From positions 1 through 31,438 of the IMG/VR virus record IMGVR_UViG_3300037295_000016: a DNA stretch of 31,438 bases. The stretch is one strand, 5' to 3'. Made by a program: the position numbers and the translations under genes. The notes beneath the pieces were generated by a model. It searched no databases. It was not told the DNA's origin and saw only the letters and a list, made by a program, of their open reading frames with translations. Positions 1 to 10,038 of this stretch are shown here, in pieces (within the stretch, counting starts at the first letter, position 1; each line of letters begins with the position of its first letter). This DNA comes from a virus (taxonomy: Duplodnaviria; Caudoviricetes).

Positions 1-163
1 TATGCAAATTGATTCGTTAAGCGAATATGATGCTGCTATCAACCAGCCATTTGTTGATTACTTGCGTGATAGAATTGACCGAGTTAGAACGGCAGATACT
101 AAAATGAAAACCCTTATTGCTCAAGAAAAAACAAAGAAGGGCATTGAACTGTTTATGGTATAA
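1..163 (+). CDS. gp55: 3' end of probable late-transcription sigma factor gp55 (partial)
   Basis: Frame 2 reads ...QPFVDYLRDRIDRVRTADTKMKTLIAQEKTKKGIELFMV* (TAA 161-163). The hydrophobic C-terminal tail resembles a clamp-binding peptide, and the position directly upstream of gp47 is typical of T4-like phages. Confidence 0.6.
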   Translation, partial: MQIDSLSEYDAAINQPFVDYLRDRIDRVRTADTKMKTLIAQEKTKKGIELFMV

Positions 164-167
164 CAAC

Positions 168-1232
168 ATGAAAATTGCAATTATTAATGATACTCATTGT
201 GGTGCACGTAATTCATCAGATATCTTTATTGAATATCAGGAAAGATTTTACGACCAAGTATTCTTTCCATACTTAAAGAAACATAATATTAAAAACATTA
301 TCCACCTTGGCGACTATTATGATCATCGTAGGTATATTAACTTTAAGGCACTGAACTCTAATCGTAGTTGCTTTTTGAATGTCTTAAAGAAAGAAGGTAT
401 TACTATGGATATTATCCCTGGTAATCATGATGTATTTTACAAATCAACAAATGAATTATGTTCTCTAAAAGAACTGATGGGTTACTACACTAACAATGTA
501 AATATTGTTATGAAGCCAACTGTGATGGATTACGAAGGTCTTCGTATTGCTCTAGTCCCTTGGATTAATAATGAAAACTATCATGATACAATGAAGTTCT
601 TAAGTTCTTGCGATGCATCATGGGTTGGTGCTCATCTAGAGTTGAACGGGTTTGAACTTATGAAAGGCGTAATTAATACTCACGGTATGGGTACTGAGGC
701 ATTCGATAGATTTGAAACCGTACTGACTGGTCATTTTCATACTAAGTCGACACAAGGTAATATTAATTACCTTGGAGCTCAAATAGAATTTACATGGGCA
801 GATGCTCATGATCCTAAATACTTTCATGTCATTGATACCAAAACTAGAACTTTAACTCCAGTACAAAATACTTTAAATTTATTTGAAAAAATTGTTTACG
901 ATGATCGTAAAATGGATTATAATAAACAATACGATCTAAGTAACTTAGTACAAAAGTTTGTCAAGCTTGTAGTAGTCAATAAGTCTGACCCATATTTGTT
1001 TGATACATTTGTTGATAAGATACTTGAGGTCGACACACATGAATTTAAGGTAGCAGAAACTTTTGAAGAGTTTCAAGGTCAGAATGTTTCTGATGATAAT
1101 ATATCAATTGACGATACCACAACTCTGTTAGATTCGTATGTTGATGCAATTGATACTGAACTGGATAAAAATCGTATGAAAGCCTTTATGCGTGAAATAT
1201 ATGTCGAAGCAGTAAATGAGGAGATTATTTAG
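168..1232 (+). CDS. gp47: Recombination endonuclease subunit (Mre11/SbcD-like)
   Basis: Metallophosphoesterase motifs DTH, LGDYYD, GNHD, GHFH. Start MKIAII at 168 preferred over the TTG at 117. Adjacent to gp46. Confidence 0.95.
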   Translation: MKIAIINDTHCGARNSSDIFIEYQERFYDQVFFPYLKKHNIKNIIHLGDYYDHRRYINFKALNSNRSCFLNVLKKEGITMDIIPGNHDVFYKSTNELCSLKELMGYYTNNVNIVMKPTVMDYEGLRIALVPWINNENYHDTMKFLSSCDASWVGAHLELNGFELMKGVINTHGMGTEAFDRFETVLTGHFHTKSTQGNINYLGAQIEFTWADAHDPKYFHVIDTKTRTLTPVQNTLNLFEKIVYDDRKMDYNKQYDLSNLVQKFVKLVVVNKSDPYLFDTFVDKILEVDTHEFKVAETFEEFQGQNVSDDNISIDDTTTLLDSYVDAIDTELDKNRMKAFMREIYVEAVNEEII

Positions 1233-1234
1233 TT

Positions 1235-2962
1235 ATGGTACTGTTTAAGACTATCAGATGGAAAAACTTTTTATCTACTGGAGATGCATTTACTGAAGTA
1301 TCATTAAACCGTTCGCCTAGTACATTAATTGTAGGAGAAAATGGCGCGGGCAAATCAACTATGTTAGATGCTCTGTCATTTGTGTTATTTGGTAAGGCAC
1401 ATCGAAACGTCAACAAGAATCAACTAGTTAATTCTATAAATAATAAAGCTGCTATCGTTGAAGTAGAATTTTCTGCGGCTAATCATGACTTCAAAGTTAT
1501 TCGTGGTATTAAACCAGTTAAGTTTGAAATATGGCAAAATGGTGCTATGATTAATCAGGCAGCTCAGGCTCGTGACTATCAAAAACATTTAGAACAAAAT
1601 ATTTTAAAGTTAAACCACAAATCTTTTCATCAGATCATTGTACTTGGTTCCTCTTCTTTTATTCCATTTATGCAGTTACCAACATATGCCAGAAGAGAAG
1701 TTATTGAAGATCTTTTAGATATTCAAATTTTTGGTAAAATGAATGGTATCTTAAAAGAAAAACTATCGCGTCTTAAAGAAGACATTACATCTATTGTGTA
1801 TGCCCTTGAATTAGTCAAAGAAAAATTGACAATGCAAAAGAATCATATACGCGATATTACAGAAATTAATAAAACTCATTTAAAGCAAAAGACAGAAAAG
1901 ATTGATTCTATTAAGGTAGAAATTGACCAGCTTCAGACCCTGAATCAATCATTGTCTAATTTTGTGGCCGATACTAATAATGGTCTTGATGATTCCTTAA
2001 AATCATTAGGTAATAAGAAATCTAAACTTAGTCAATATCAAGCTCAGTTTATGCGTCAAATATCTGATGTGGTTACTACTGCTAAGTTCTATGAAGATAA
2101 CAATACTTGCCCTACTTGTACTCAAGAGATAACAGAAGATACACGTGAACATAAAATGTGTACGGCTAAAGATAAAGCAAAAACATTGCGTGAAGCAATG
2201 ACATCTGCCGAAACAGAAATAAAAACTATTGATACTGAACTTAACGAACTTAACGAACTAGCAGTTCTTATACGTCAAAGCAATTCTGAAATTCACACAA
2301 ACAATTCTGGTATCACTAGACTACAAAATGAAATTAAGTCAATCAATACTGAAATTGAACTTATTAGCTCTGAAGATAGCGACTTATCTCGCGCAAATCA
2401 ACAATGTCAAGATTTTATTGAAGAACGCGATATATTGTCAGAACGTAGGCTAAAGATGTTAGAATCAAAAACCTATCTTGATGTCGTATCAGAAATGCTC
2501 AAAGATACTGGTATTAAAACAAAAATTATTAAAGAATATCTGCCAGTAATGAATACATTGATTAATAAATATTTGAATGTACTAGATTTCTTTGTATCGT
2601 TTCACCTAGACGAAAACTTTAATGAAGTTATACGATCACGACATCGCGATGACTTTAACTATTCATCATTCTCTGAAGGCGAAAAGCAACGAATCAATTT
2701 AGCACTATTATTTGCATGGCGACAAATTGCCAGAATGAAAAACTCTGCATCTACTAATTTGCTTATACTTGATGAAGTACTTGATGCATCTCTTGATGCA
2801 GAAGGTGTCGAGAATCTTATGAAGATTCTTAATACGGTTGAAAACGATACTAATGTTTTTATTATATCTCATAAGGGCGATGTCCTAGACGGTAAGTTCA
2901 GAAGCAAGATTGAATTTAAGAAACATCAGAATTTTTCTACAATGGTGACAACTCGAGGATAA
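1235..2962 (+). CDS. gp46: Recombination ATPase subunit (Rad50/SbcC-like)
   Basis: WKNFLS, Walker A GENGAGKS, coiled coil with CPTC zinc hook, signature FSEGEK, Walker B LILDE, ISH. Confidence 0.96.
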   Translation: MVLFKTIRWKNFLSTGDAFTEVSLNRSPSTLIVGENGAGKSTMLDALSFVLFGKAHRNVNKNQLVNSINNKAAIVEVEFSAANHDFKVIRGIKPVKFEIWQNGAMINQAAQARDYQKHLEQNILKLNHKSFHQIIVLGSSSFIPFMQLPTYARREVIEDLLDIQIFGKMNGILKEKLSRLKEDITSIVYALELVKEKLTMQKNHIRDITEINKTHLKQKTEKIDSIKVEIDQLQTLNQSLSNFVADTNNGLDDSLKSLGNKKSKLSQYQAQFMRQISDVVTTAKFYEDNNTCPTCTQEITEDTREHKMCTAKDKAKTLREAMTSAETEIKTIDTELNELNELAVLIRQSNSEIHTNNSGITRLQNEIKSINTEIELISSEDSDLSRANQQCQDFIEERDILSERRLKMLESKTYLDVVSEMLKDTGIKTKIIKEYLPVMNTLINKYLNVLDFFVSFHLDENFNEVIRSRHRDDFNYSSFSEGEKQRINLALLFAWRQIARMKNSASTNLLILDEVLDASLDAEGVENLMKILNTVENDTNVFIISHKGDVLDGKFRSKIEFKKHQNFSTMVTTRG

Positions 2963-2965
2963 TAG

Positions 2966-3028
2966 TGTTGTATTTTTACAACAATAGTGAAAAAAGTTGT
3001 TTACATCGTAACGATTTTGGTATATAAT
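2966..3028 (+). promoter_or_regulatory. Palindromic site plus sigma70-like promoter
   Basis: TGTTGTATTTTTACAACA (2966-2983), TTTACA (3000-3005), 17-nt spacer, TATAAT (3023-3028). Confidence 0.75.
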
Positions 3029-3049
3029 ATAATTTCAAGAGGAACAACT

Positions 3050-5179
3050 ATGTATACACAATCAAAATCGTTACTTGCTAAATTGCTAGCTAATGAAAAT
3101 ATATCGATACGTCATGGCAATTATGATACTGCATCGTTTGATGTAGACAATCGTATATTGTATTTTCCTTTATGGAAAGAACTTAACAAAGATACTTATG
3201 ATCTTTTGATTGGTCATGAAGTTGGTCATGCTCTGTATACTCCGTCTGAAGGCTGGCACAATGCCACTACAGAAATACCTGGGCTACCTCGTGCTTTTGT
3301 CAATATCATTGAAGATGTTCGTATTGAGAAATTGATACAGCGTAAGTACCCAGGTCTTGTCAGATCTTTTAAAGGCGGTTATGCTCATATGTATTCTCTT
3401 GACTTTTTCAAGATTAAAGGCCGAGATGTACAAGCAATGAGCTTTATGAATCGATTAAACTTAAAATCAAAGTTACGCGATAATATAAATATCGCATACA
3501 GCAAAGAAGAACAAGTCTTTGTCGATATGGCTAATGCATGTGAAACGTGGGAAGATGTTATTGTTTGCTGCAGAGCCATTTACAATTATGTAAAGGAAAA
3601 AAATGAGCAATCAAAAGACACCCGTAAAGAAAACGGTCGTAAAGAAAAAGGCTCCAGTTCAGCCACAACCGAAACAGCAGAAACATATTCAGCATCTGAA
3701 TCAGACAGCGAACCAACCGACGGACAAGATGCCGCAGGCGAAAGCAACTCTGATAGCTCGCCTAATAGATCATCTACCACAATGGGCGAACCTGATGATA
3801 GTGAGAATGAAAGCATGGCTGATATGTCGGAAGATAGATCAGTTGATAACGCAGATTCAGAACAAGAAGTAGTTGACGAACTAGATACGTCGACTGATGA
3901 TGCATATCGGTCGATGGAATCTGAAATTGTTGAACGTAATGAACAAGGCAATATTCCAACTGTAGTTTATGGTTTAAGTAAAAAACAGACTGATGAAATG
4001 ATTACGACGTATGCTCAGTTAGATGCACATCGTAACGAAACATTTGTAAGTTCAGTATTTGAAAAATATACTGATGACTTTAATAAATTTGTTAAAGATA
4101 ACACTAAACTTGTTAATGTTATGGCAAAAGAATTTGAGACACGTAAGGCTGCATATCAATATACTCGAGCAAAGGTATCAAATACTGGTTCTTTAAATAT
4201 GTCTAAGTTACATCAGTACAAATTATCTGAAGACATATTTTTAAAAATAACCACACTTGCAGATGCTAAAAGTCATGGCATGATTATGCTTATTGATAAG
4301 TCTGGTTCTATGTCTGGTAGCATTGATAATGTTATTTTACAAGTATTGATATTATCAATGTTCTGTAAAAAAGTATCAATTCCATTTGATGTATATACAT
4401 TTACGACATTTGATAATCGCCGTGGGTTCAGCACATTACGAAGTACAATATGTCATGAGAATCTTCGTGTTGTACAAGTGCTATCTTCTTCTCTAAGCAA
4501 TGCAGATTATAAAAAAGGATTTAGATTTTTATTTAATCAGACTCATAGTCCTGTATTTACAACTGATTTAGAAAGATTGAACGGTACACCTATTGTTGAG
4601 GTTATGACTGCAATACCATTGTTAGTTAAACGATTTAAAGCAAAACATAATCTTCAGCGAGTAATTGTGCCAATCCTTACTGATGGCGACCCTTCTTCTG
4701 TTTTTGCAATGAATGAAGATGGCAAGCGTAGTTATGCTATTCATTCTCATGTCACTACTATCTTAAATATTGATGGTGCCTATATTCCAGTAGAATCAGA
4801 ACAAGATGCATTTGAAAAACTTACTGCTCATCTTGGCACATATCCTGGTGTTGTACCTATTGGTTATTTTATTGCTAATCGTGCAGTTGAATTTAATAAA
4901 AAGATAGCGCATATCAATAAGTCATGGCATTCAGATGTGTTCGATAATTCTCGTAAACAGGTACGTGACAAAGGTTATGCGTCATATGACAATGTGTTAG
5001 GCTTTAAACGTATGTTTATTATGAAGTTTAGTTCATCATTGTTTGATACCACCATTAGTGAGTTTGACGTTGATGATGATGCCAAAACCGCAGATATTAC
5101 CAGAGCATTTAAGAAATACGCTGGTGGCAAGAAAAATAGTCGCATTTTTGCAACACAATTTACAGAAATAATCGCATAA
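3050..5179 (+). CDS. CobT-like protein: HExxH metallopeptidase-like domain, acidic linker, vWA domain
   Basis: HEVGH motif, NIIEDVRIE, D/E/S-rich linker, MIDAS DKSGS and LTDGD. SD GAGGA before ATG 3050. Adjacent to a MoxR/CobS ATPase. Confidence 0.85.
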   Translation: MYTQSKSLLAKLLANENISIRHGNYDTASFDVDNRILYFPLWKELNKDTYDLLIGHEVGHALYTPSEGWHNATTEIPGLPRAFVNIIEDVRIEKLIQRKYPGLVRSFKGGYAHMYSLDFFKIKGRDVQAMSFMNRLNLKSKLRDNINIAYSKEEQVFVDMANACETWEDVIVCCRAIYNYVKEKNEQSKDTRKENGRKEKGSSSATTETAETYSASESDSEPTDGQDAAGESNSDSSPNRSSTTMGEPDDSENESMADMSEDRSVDNADSEQEVVDELDTSTDDAYRSMESEIVERNEQGNIPTVVYGLSKKQTDEMITTYAQLDAHRNETFVSSVFEKYTDDFNKFVKDNTKLVNVMAKEFETRKAAYQYTRAKVSNTGSLNMSKLHQYKLSEDIFLKITTLADAKSHGMIMLIDKSGSMSGSIDNVILQVLILSMFCKKVSIPFDVYTFTTFDNRRGFSTLRSTICHENLRVVQVLSSSLSNADYKKGFRFLFNQTHSPVFTTDLERLNGTPIVEVMTAIPLLVKRFKAKHNLQRVIVPILTDGDPSSVFAMNEDGKRSYAIHSHVTTILNIDGAYIPVESEQDAFEKLTAHLGTYPGVVPIGYFIANRAVEFNKKIAHINKSWHSDVFDNSRKQVRDKGYASYDNVLGFKRMFIMKFSSSLFDTTISEFDVDDDAKTADITRAFKKYAGGKKNSRIFATQFTEIIA

Positions 5180-5182
5180 CTA

Positions 5183-5211
5183 TTGACAAATCTTTTCAAA
5201 TGTGTTATAAT
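5183..5211 (+). promoter_or_regulatory. Sigma70-like promoter
   Basis: TTGACA-17 nt-TATAAT, with TGTGT immediately before the -10. Confidence 0.8.
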
Positions 5212-5236
5212 TAACTATTGAACAGGAATCTACATC

Positions 5237-6409
5237 ATGACACCATTACAACAAACCCTAGTATCTGAACTTACTGCACGATTCAATGACACTACTGACT
5301 TTAAATTGTCAATGTTATTGACTGTCGCAAAATCGATTGATATACCAGCTGGCGAAGTATACCGACTTGTTAAAGATGCACCAAAAAAATCTCGTGGTAT
5401 ATATAATTTGCAGGCAGTACTTCTGCCATTTCCAGAACAACAATATAATGAACAAGCGATAACTTCTGATATGCAACCACCTAAAAAATTACAATCAATC
5501 TTAAATGATTCAGTGTTTGTACCGCCAACAGATTCATACTTTGTTTCATGGGGTAACTACAAAACTATTGAAACTATTGTAGGTTGTAATTTCTTTTATC
5601 CTACATACATCACTGGTATGTCTGGTAATGGTAAGACTGTAATGGTCGAACAGGCGTGTGCCAAATTAAAACGTTCTTACATTCGTGTACAGATTACACC
5701 AGAGACTGATGAAGATGATCTTATCGGTGGCTTCCGTTTGATTGACGGTGAGACGGTATTTAATAAAGGTCCTGTCATTAAAGCAATGGAGACCGGTGCA
5801 GTGTTATTGATTGATGAGATTGACCGTGGCTCAAGCAAAATTATGTGTCTGCAAGGTGTTCTTGAAGGTAAACCAGTATTAATCAAAAAGACTGGTGAAA
5901 TGGTTAGTCCTTCTGTGGGCTTCAACATTATTGCTACGGCTAACACGAAAGGTAAAGGTTCAGAAGATGGCCGATTCGTTACTGCTAACATTATTGACGA
6001 AGCTTTCCTTGAGCGGTTTGTGGTTACGATTGAGCAACCATACCCTACAATGGCTACCGAAAAGAAAATTATTTTAAATCATATGAAGAAGTTTGATTGT
6101 CTTGATGAAACATTTGCGACGCTGTTAGCAACATGGTCTGACACAATTCGTAAAACCTTTGAAGATGGCGGTCTTGATGAGCTAATTTCTACTCGCCGTA
6201 TTTGCCATATTATCCAGACATTTGCTATCTTTAAGAGCCGTTCAAAAGCAATTGAACTTTGTGTCAATCGATTTGATACTGATACACGTGAAGCCTTTAT
6301 TGACCTTTACTCAAAGGTTGATGCATCAGTTGTTACATCAAATGAAAATGCAATATCTGGTACTGAAGCAAGTCAAGTTATTCTTGACGAAATATTAGGA
6401 TCAGCATAA
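5237..6409 (+). CDS. CobS-like/MoxR-family AAA+ ATPase
   Basis: Walker A GMSGNGKT, DLIGG, Walker B LLIDEID, ATANTKGKG, AFLERF, ISTRR. Confidence 0.9.
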   Translation: MTPLQQTLVSELTARFNDTTDFKLSMLLTVAKSIDIPAGEVYRLVKDAPKKSRGIYNLQAVLLPFPEQQYNEQAITSDMQPPKKLQSILNDSVFVPPTDSYFVSWGNYKTIETIVGCNFFYPTYITGMSGNGKTVMVEQACAKLKRSYIRVQITPETDEDDLIGGFRLIDGETVFNKGPVIKAMETGAVLLIDEIDRGSSKIMCLQGVLEGKPVLIKKTGEMVSPSVGFNIIATANTKGKGSEDGRFVTANIIDEAFLERFVVTIEQPYPTMATEKKIILNHMKKFDCLDETFATLLATWSDTIRKTFEDGGLDELISTRRICHIIQTFAIFKSRSKAIELCVNRFDTDTREAFIDLYSKVDASVVTSNENAISGTEASQVILDEILGSA

Positions 6410-6702
6410 TGACTGTAGGGATTAAACATGACCAAGATAAACTAGATTATTCATTAGTCCCGTTTGGTGCTCTTGATGAAGTGGTTAAGGTACTGACCTA
6501 TGGCGCAAAAAAGTATGATCGTCATAACTGGCAATATGTTGATGAGACACGTTACCAAGCTGCACTGATGCGTCACTTCTCAAGTTACATGCAAGGCGAA
6601 CGATATGACCCAGAGACTGGTATAGACCATTTAGCTCACATGGCATGTTCTGTGTTATTTTTATTACAAAAGGATTTACAAAATCCTAAAACTGTGTTAT
6701 AA
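6409..6702 (+). CDS. dATP/dGTP diphosphohydrolase-like domain protein (DUF5664-like)
   Basis: Family pattern KHDQDK...YGAKKY..HNW...AALMRH...DPETGIDHLAH. Confidence 0.8.
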   Translation: MTVGIKHDQDKLDYSLVPFGALDEVVKVLTYGAKKYDRHNWQYVDETRYQAALMRHFSSYMQGERYDPETGIDHLAHMACSVLFLLQKDLQNPKTVL

Positions 6703-6703
6703 T
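6675..6703 (+). promoter_or_regulatory. Sigma70-like promoter for gp45
   Basis: TTTACA-17 nt-TATAAT with TGTGT extension. Confidence 0.7.
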
Positions 6704-6727
6704 ATTATTTTAAACGGAAACCTACTT

Positions 6728-7417
6728 ATGAAACTTAGCGAAGATACAATCAAAATTCTTAAAAACTTTAGTGCAATCAATGCCAGTATTATCTTTAAAG
6801 AAGGTAATACAATCAAATCACTGTCAGAAAGCAAAAACATTATGGCATCTGCTAAAGTGACTGAATCATTTCCCACAGAATTTGGTGTATATGATCTGAA
6901 TAAATTCCTTAGTGTCGTAGGTATGTTTTCTGCTCCTGAGTTACGATTCTCTGATGATATGACATCGGTATCAATTGTCGATTCGCATCGGTCAGTAAAG
7001 TACTTCTTTTCTGATACAAATATTTTAAGTAGTGCATATCCGTCACGTGATATTGTTATGCCTACCGTTGACTTAGAATTTGTTCTTAGCGAAGAAGACC
7101 TTCTCTCGTTACGCAAAGCAGCAGGTCCTCTTGATGTATCTGACATTGTTATTACAAATAGCAAAGGCAAAAAGATTATTGTCAAAGCAACAGATACTAA
7201 AGACGCAACATCAAACTCATTTGAACTAGAAATTGATAATGTTAATGTTAAACCAGACGAAGACTTCTCATTCATCTTTAATATCAATAACCTTAAAGTA
7301 ATTCATGACTCATATACAGTATCAATCTCAAATAAATTAATTTCACGCTTTACCAATTCTGCAGGCGATGTAACCTACTACATTGCTCTGGAGAAAAACT
7401 CAACCGTAGGTCAATAA
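6728..7417 (+). CDS. gp45: DNA polymerase sliding clamp
   Basis: MKLSEDTIKILKNFSAIN N-terminus, FGVYDLNKFL, YYIALE C-terminus; size and synteny match. Confidence 0.95.
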   Translation: MKLSEDTIKILKNFSAINASIIFKEGNTIKSLSESKNIMASAKVTESFPTEFGVYDLNKFLSVVGMFSAPELRFSDDMTSVSIVDSHRSVKYFFSDTNILSSAYPSRDIVMPTVDLEFVLSEEDLLSLRKAAGPLDVSDIVITNSKGKKIIVKATDTKDATSNSFELEIDNVNVKPDEDFSFIFNINNLKVIHDSYTVSISNKLISRFTNSAGDVTYYIALEKNSTVGQ

Positions 7418-7426
7418 GGAGATATT

Positions 7427-7663
7427 ATGTCAACAGAAACAACCCCACAAGTACAACTTAACATTAACGATATTCAAGCAACCGTTCAGGTTATCGATGT
7501 CGTAACAAAACGTGGTGCATTTGAAGGTGCTGAACTAGAAGCAGTAGGCGGTCTTCGTAACCGATTTGCTACATTCTTAAATGCTAATGCTCCAAAAGAG
7601 CAAGAATCACTACCAGAATCAACAACTGATTCTGCTCAACTTTTAAATGAATCAGGAGAGTAA
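7427..7663 (+). CDS. Hypothetical protein of T4-like phages
   Basis: 78-aa ORF with strong SD AAGGAG; IDVVTKRGAF motif. Confidence 0.7.
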   Translation: MSTETTPQVQLNINDIQATVQVIDVVTKRGAFEGAELEAVGGLRNRFATFLNANAPKEQESLPESTTDSAQLLNESGE

Positions 7664-7666
7664 ACA

Positions 7667-7930
7667 ATGTCTATTAATGTCGTGATCCCTACGTCACCAG
7701 ATGACCGCGCAAAAGTACAAGCTGCTATGCGTGAAATCTCTGGTGCAATGAGCAGAATTGAATCAGAACGCGAATACATTAAAGAGTCATTAGGAATGCT
7801 AGAGGAAACATTTGAACTTCCTAAAAAGTATATGCGTAAGGTTGCAACAGTATACCACAAGCAAAACTTAAATGAAGTTAAGAATGAATTCTCTGATGTA
7901 GAAGATATTTACGCTGCAATAATTTCCTAA
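7667..7930 (+). CDS. Probable dsDNA-binding protein (T4 DsbA-like)
   Basis: 87-aa helical protein with KKYMRKVATVYHKQ pattern; SD AGGAG. Confidence 0.6.
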   Translation: MSINVVIPTSPDDRAKVQAAMREISGAMSRIESEREYIKESLGMLEETFELPKKYMRKVATVYHKQNLNEVKNEFSDVEDIYAAIIS

Positions 7931-7939
7931 GGAATAAGC

Positions 7940-8137
7940 ATGACAACCGTTATTAAAAACATTTTAATATTATCGCTATTTGTATTATCCGTTATTTTTA
8001 TGCCGATGTTAACAATCATGTCGCTTAATACGATTTTTGCTTTGACAATTGAAATAACTTTCTGGACATGGCTAGCAATGGTATGGCTTCAGATAGTCAC
8101 CTTTGGCGGAGTCATGGCAAATCAAAAGCGTAAATGA
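7940..8137 (+). CDS. Small membrane protein
   Basis: Two hydrophobic segments; SD AAGGA. Confidence 0.65.
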   Translation: MTTVIKNILILSLFVLSVIFMPMLTIMSLNTIFALTIEITFWTWLAMVWLQIVTFGGVMANQKRK

Positions 8138-8166
8138 TTTACAAGTATGCGAAACTGTGTTATAAT
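8138..8166 (+). promoter_or_regulatory. Sigma70-like promoter for gp44
   Basis: TTTACA-17 nt-TATAAT with TGTGT extension. Confidence 0.75.
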
Positions 8167-8185
8167 ATATTATGGAGAGTATTAA

Positions 8186-9124
8186 ATGAGAAATGAATTC
8201 CTTTGGGTCGAACGTTATAGGCCTCAACGTATTGCTGATTGCATTTTACCAAAGTCAATCAAAGATACATTTTCTGAAATCTTAAAGACTGGTGAACTGC
8301 CAAACATGCTGTTTTCTGGTACTGCTGGCGTAGGGAAAACTACAGTTGCCCGAGCGCTATGTAATGAACTTGGTCTGGATTATATTCTTATCAACGGTTC
8401 AGAAGAAGGTAATATTGATACTCTCCGTGGTAAAATTAAACAGTTTGCTTCTACTATATCGTTATCTGGTGGCTATAAAGTTATCATTCTTGACGAGGCC
8501 GACTATACAAACCCTAACTCAACACAACCAGCGCTTCGTGGTTTTATTGAAGAATTCTCTCAGAACTGTAGATTTATTCTGACTTGTAACTTTAAGAATC
8601 GAATCATTGAACCACTCCATTCACGATGTTCTGTATATGAGTTTGGTATACCTAATGCAGAAAAACCAAAAATGGCATCTGAGTTTTTCAAACGGTTAGG
8701 TACAATTCTTACTCAAGAAAATGTAACCTTTGAGCCACAAGCCCTAGCTAAATTGATTGAAAAGCATTTTCCAGACTGGCGCCGTGTATTAAATGAATGC
8801 CAGCGTTATGCAATATCTGGTAAGATCGATTCTGGTGTACTTGTCAATATGTCAGAAGATAATGTCAAGGTATTAATGAAGTCTCTGAAAGATAAAGACT
8901 TTAAAGTTATGCGACGCTGGGTTGTTGAAAACATTGATGTCGAACCACAAGCAATTTTTCGTAAAGTATATGACGTAATGCTAGACTATGTTCAGCCTCA
9001 GTCTGTACCACAAATTGTATTGATCTTGGCAGACTATCAGTTCAAAAACGCATTTGTGGCTGATCATGAGTTAAACGTTGTGGCATGTATGACAGAGTTA
9101 ATGGCTTCAATTGAATGGAAATGA
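8186..9124 (+). CDS. gp44: Clamp loader large (ATPase) subunit
   Basis: LWVERYRP, GTAGVGKT, IILDEAD, QPALRG, LHSRC, FPDWRR. Confidence 0.96.
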   Translation: MRNEFLWVERYRPQRIADCILPKSIKDTFSEILKTGELPNMLFSGTAGVGKTTVARALCNELGLDYILINGSEEGNIDTLRGKIKQFASTISLSGGYKVIILDEADYTNPNSTQPALRGFIEEFSQNCRFILTCNFKNRIIEPLHSRCSVYEFGIPNAEKPKMASEFFKRLGTILTQENVTFEPQALAKLIEKHFPDWRRVLNECQRYAISGKIDSGVLVNMSEDNVKVLMKSLKDKDFKVMRRWVVENIDVEPQAIFRKVYDVMLDYVQPQSVPQIVLILADYQFKNAFVADHELNVVACMTELMASIEWK

Positions 9125-9125
9125 T

Positions 9126-9710
9126 ATGACTAATAATTGTTTGATTTATGATTTTGAAACTCTAGGTAAGACTCCAGCTAATTCTGTTGTGGTATGTCTG
9201 GCGTTGTTACCCTTTAGCGAAGCTCGTTATACTACAGACCCATATACATATAACGAGCTGTTAAGATCTGCCAGACTGATTAAATTTAATGTAGCAGAAC
9301 AAGTCAATAAGTATGGCCGTATTATTGATAAAGATACTCTTAAGTGGTGGTCAGAACAAAGTAAAGAAGCACAGCAGTTATTAAAACCATCTGACCAAGA
9401 TATTCCGCTAGAAGAACTGCATGATATTTTGTTATCATTTGGTAAACCAAAAAAGATTTATACCAGAGGTAATACATTTGATCCGCCTTTTCTTGAATCA
9501 ATATTAGCTGCAGTAAATAAGACAGATCCATTTGAATGGTGGAACATTCGTGATAGCCGCTCAATGATCGAAGGCTTATCGTTCGGCTCTGGTCTTAAAC
9601 ATGGATTCATACCACCAGAACTAAAGGAAGTTTTTATTCCACATAACCCTATTCATGACATTGCAATTGACATCATGAGAATGCAAAGTCTAGTGATAGC
9701 AATTTCTTAA
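9126..9710 (+). CDS. dexA: DEDD 3'-5' exonuclease (DexA-like)
   Basis: YDFETLG, TLKWW, RGNTFD, IRDSRS, HNPIHD.A.D. Confidence 0.8.
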   Translation: MTNNCLIYDFETLGKTPANSVVVCLALLPFSEARYTTDPYTYNELLRSARLIKFNVAEQVNKYGRIIDKDTLKWWSEQSKEAQQLLKPSDQDIPLEELHDILLSFGKPKKIYTRGNTFDPPFLESILAAVNKTDPFEWWNIRDSRSMIEGLSFGSGLKHGFIPPELKEVFIPHNPIHDIAIDIMRMQSLVIAIS

Positions 9711-9730
9711 AATTATGAGAACCTTATATT

Positions 9731-10036
9731 ATGATGATCGAACCGAATGTAGTACGAAATACTTTTAAATGGATACGTGATGACTATATATCTTACCCCA
9801 CTAGGTTTATTATTGAGCTACTTGCTTGGGGTATTTCTATTGGCTGTAGCATTACAATGGCTGTCACGGTCCCCAACCCGCCACTGCTCATTTTATATCC
9901 TATTTGGATCATGGGCTGCGCTTTGTATGCTTGGTCTTCTTATACTAGGAAGTCTTTTGGGATGCTGGCTAACTACCTCTTGCTCGTATCTATTGATTTA
10001 TTAGGCCTGACTCGTATGTTAGTTAAGGTAGTATAA
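9731..10036 (+). CDS. Small multi-pass membrane protein
   Basis: About three hydrophobic helices; no recognisable catalytic motif. Confidence 0.65.
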   Translation: MMIEPNVVRNTFKWIRDDYISYPTRFIIELLAWGISIGCSITMAVTVPNPPLLILYPIWIMGCALYAWSSYTRKSFGMLANYLLLVSIDLLGLTRMLVKVV

Positions 10037-10038
10037 TT

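Noticed and set aside
2237-2259. 9-bp tandem repeat GAACTTAAC in gp46
   Set aside because: It encodes ELNELNEL within a coiled coil; ordinary.
3600-3900. Compositionally different stretch in the vWA gene
   Set aside because: It is an in-frame acidic low-complexity linker typical of CobT-like proteins, not an insertion element.
6409-6702. DUF5664-like hydrolase as evidence of a Z-genome or 7-deazaguanine DNA
   Set aside because: No purZ, dpdA or que genes are in the window, and the domain is widespread in phages.
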